From Oscillospiraceae bacterium (GTDB lineage Bacteria > Bacillota > Clostridia > Oscillospirales > Oscillospiraceae): a stretch of 24,000 bases of DNA. The notes beneath the pieces were generated by a model, which saw nothing but the letters and a program-made list of their open reading frames with translations, did no database searches and was not told the origin of the DNA. The stretch lies in NCBI GenBank assembly GCA_015067435.1, contig SVMM01000015.1, positions 2,868-26,867 of the forward strand, written 5' to 3'. Positions 23,441 through 24,000 of this stretch are shown here, piece after piece. The translations under genes were made by a program, and so were the position numbers. The stretch's first letter is position 1. Each line of letters begins with the position of its first letter.

Positions 23441-24000
23441 ATGAAAATCAATGTCCTTGGCGTCAGCTTTGACAACGTGACCATGGTGGAGGCGCTCTCG
23501 CGCGGCGAGGAATTGCTGCAAGGCGAGGGCGCGCACTATGTCGTCACGCCCAATCCGGAGATTGTCGAGGCGTGCCGCGCGGACGCGGAAGCGATGGCCG
23601 CGGTCAACGGCGCGGACCTCGTGCTGCCGGACGGCATCGGCGTCATCTACGGCGCGAAAATGCTGAAAACCCCGCTGAAAGAGCGGGTTCCGGGAATTGA
23701 GTTCGGCACCGGGATGCTGGAATTCTGTGCGCGGAACAATAAATCGGTCTATTTGCTGGGCGCCAAGCCCGGCGTGGCGGAGCAGGCGGCGGAGAACCTG
23801 CGGAGCCGCTATGATGGACTTATCGTCAGCGGAACGCACGATGGCTATTTCTCAAACGACGAGGAGGCCGCCGGATGGATCCGCGAAAGCGGCGCGGACA
23901 TGGCGCTCATCTGCCTCGGCGCGCCGAAGCAGGAAAAGTTCATGGCGCGCTGGGGCGAGGCGACGGGCGCGAAGCTGTTGCTCGGTCTCGGCGGCGCGAT
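23441..24000 (+). CDS. WecG/TagA/CpsF family glycosyltransferase, truncated at the window end
   Basis: Translated from ATG 23441: 'MKINVLGVSFDNVTMVEA...YVVTPNPEIVEACRAD...ADLVLPDGIGVIYGAKML...VPGIEFGTGMLEFC...SVYLLGAKPGVAEQAAENL...GLIVSGTHDGYFSNDE...ALICLGAPKQEKFM'. Missing from the ORF track because it has no stop in the window. Confidence 0.93.
   Translation, partial: MKINVLGVSFDNVTMVEALSRGEELLQGEGAHYVVTPNPEIVEACRADAEAMAAVNGADLVLPDGIGVIYGAKMLKTPLKERVPGIEFGTGMLEFCARNNKSVYLLGAKPGVAEQAAENLRSRYDGLIVSGTHDGYFSNDEEAAGWIRESGADMALICLGAPKQEKFMARWGEATGAKLLLGLGGA

Noticed and set aside
1-24000. CRISPR arrays, phage/IS elements, tRNA/rRNA genes, defence systems
   Set aside because: No regularly spaced repeats, transposase/integrase motifs or tRNA/rRNA-like sequences were seen; the window is ordinary core genome apart from the RNA elements noted.

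Overview
High-GC Clostridia-like (probably Oscillospiraceae-type, spore-forming) chromosomal window. Most of it is densely coding: an XdhC/CoxI-family protein and a membrane dipeptidase; a nitroreductase (-); the complete spoIIIAA-AH sporulation operon; an Asp23/Gls24 protein; nusB, xseA, xseB, ispA; then a ~650-nt non-coding gap; then oapA-like, dxs, tlyA, nadK, argR, recN, an unusual M28-like peptidase; a T-box leader and tyrS; an FprA-type flavoprotein (-); a HAD phosphatase (-); a DMT/EamA transporter; and a 3'-truncated WecG/TagA/CpsF glycosyltransferase. The standout element is the 10717-11370 gap. By sequence style, position (ispA - RNA - oapA - dxs) and its own terminator/promoter boundary, it is almost certainly an OLE (Ornate, Large, Extremophilic) RNA, followed by the gene for its membrane partner OapA. 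Second in interest is the tyrS T-box leader, which carries two near-identical, oppositely oriented 31-nt palindromic elements (29/31 identity), one in the Stem I/II part and one inside the antiterminator apical region. Third is an M28-like peptidase whose Glu-Glu and terminal His motifs appear lost. All calls come from reading the sequence; no database search was run.
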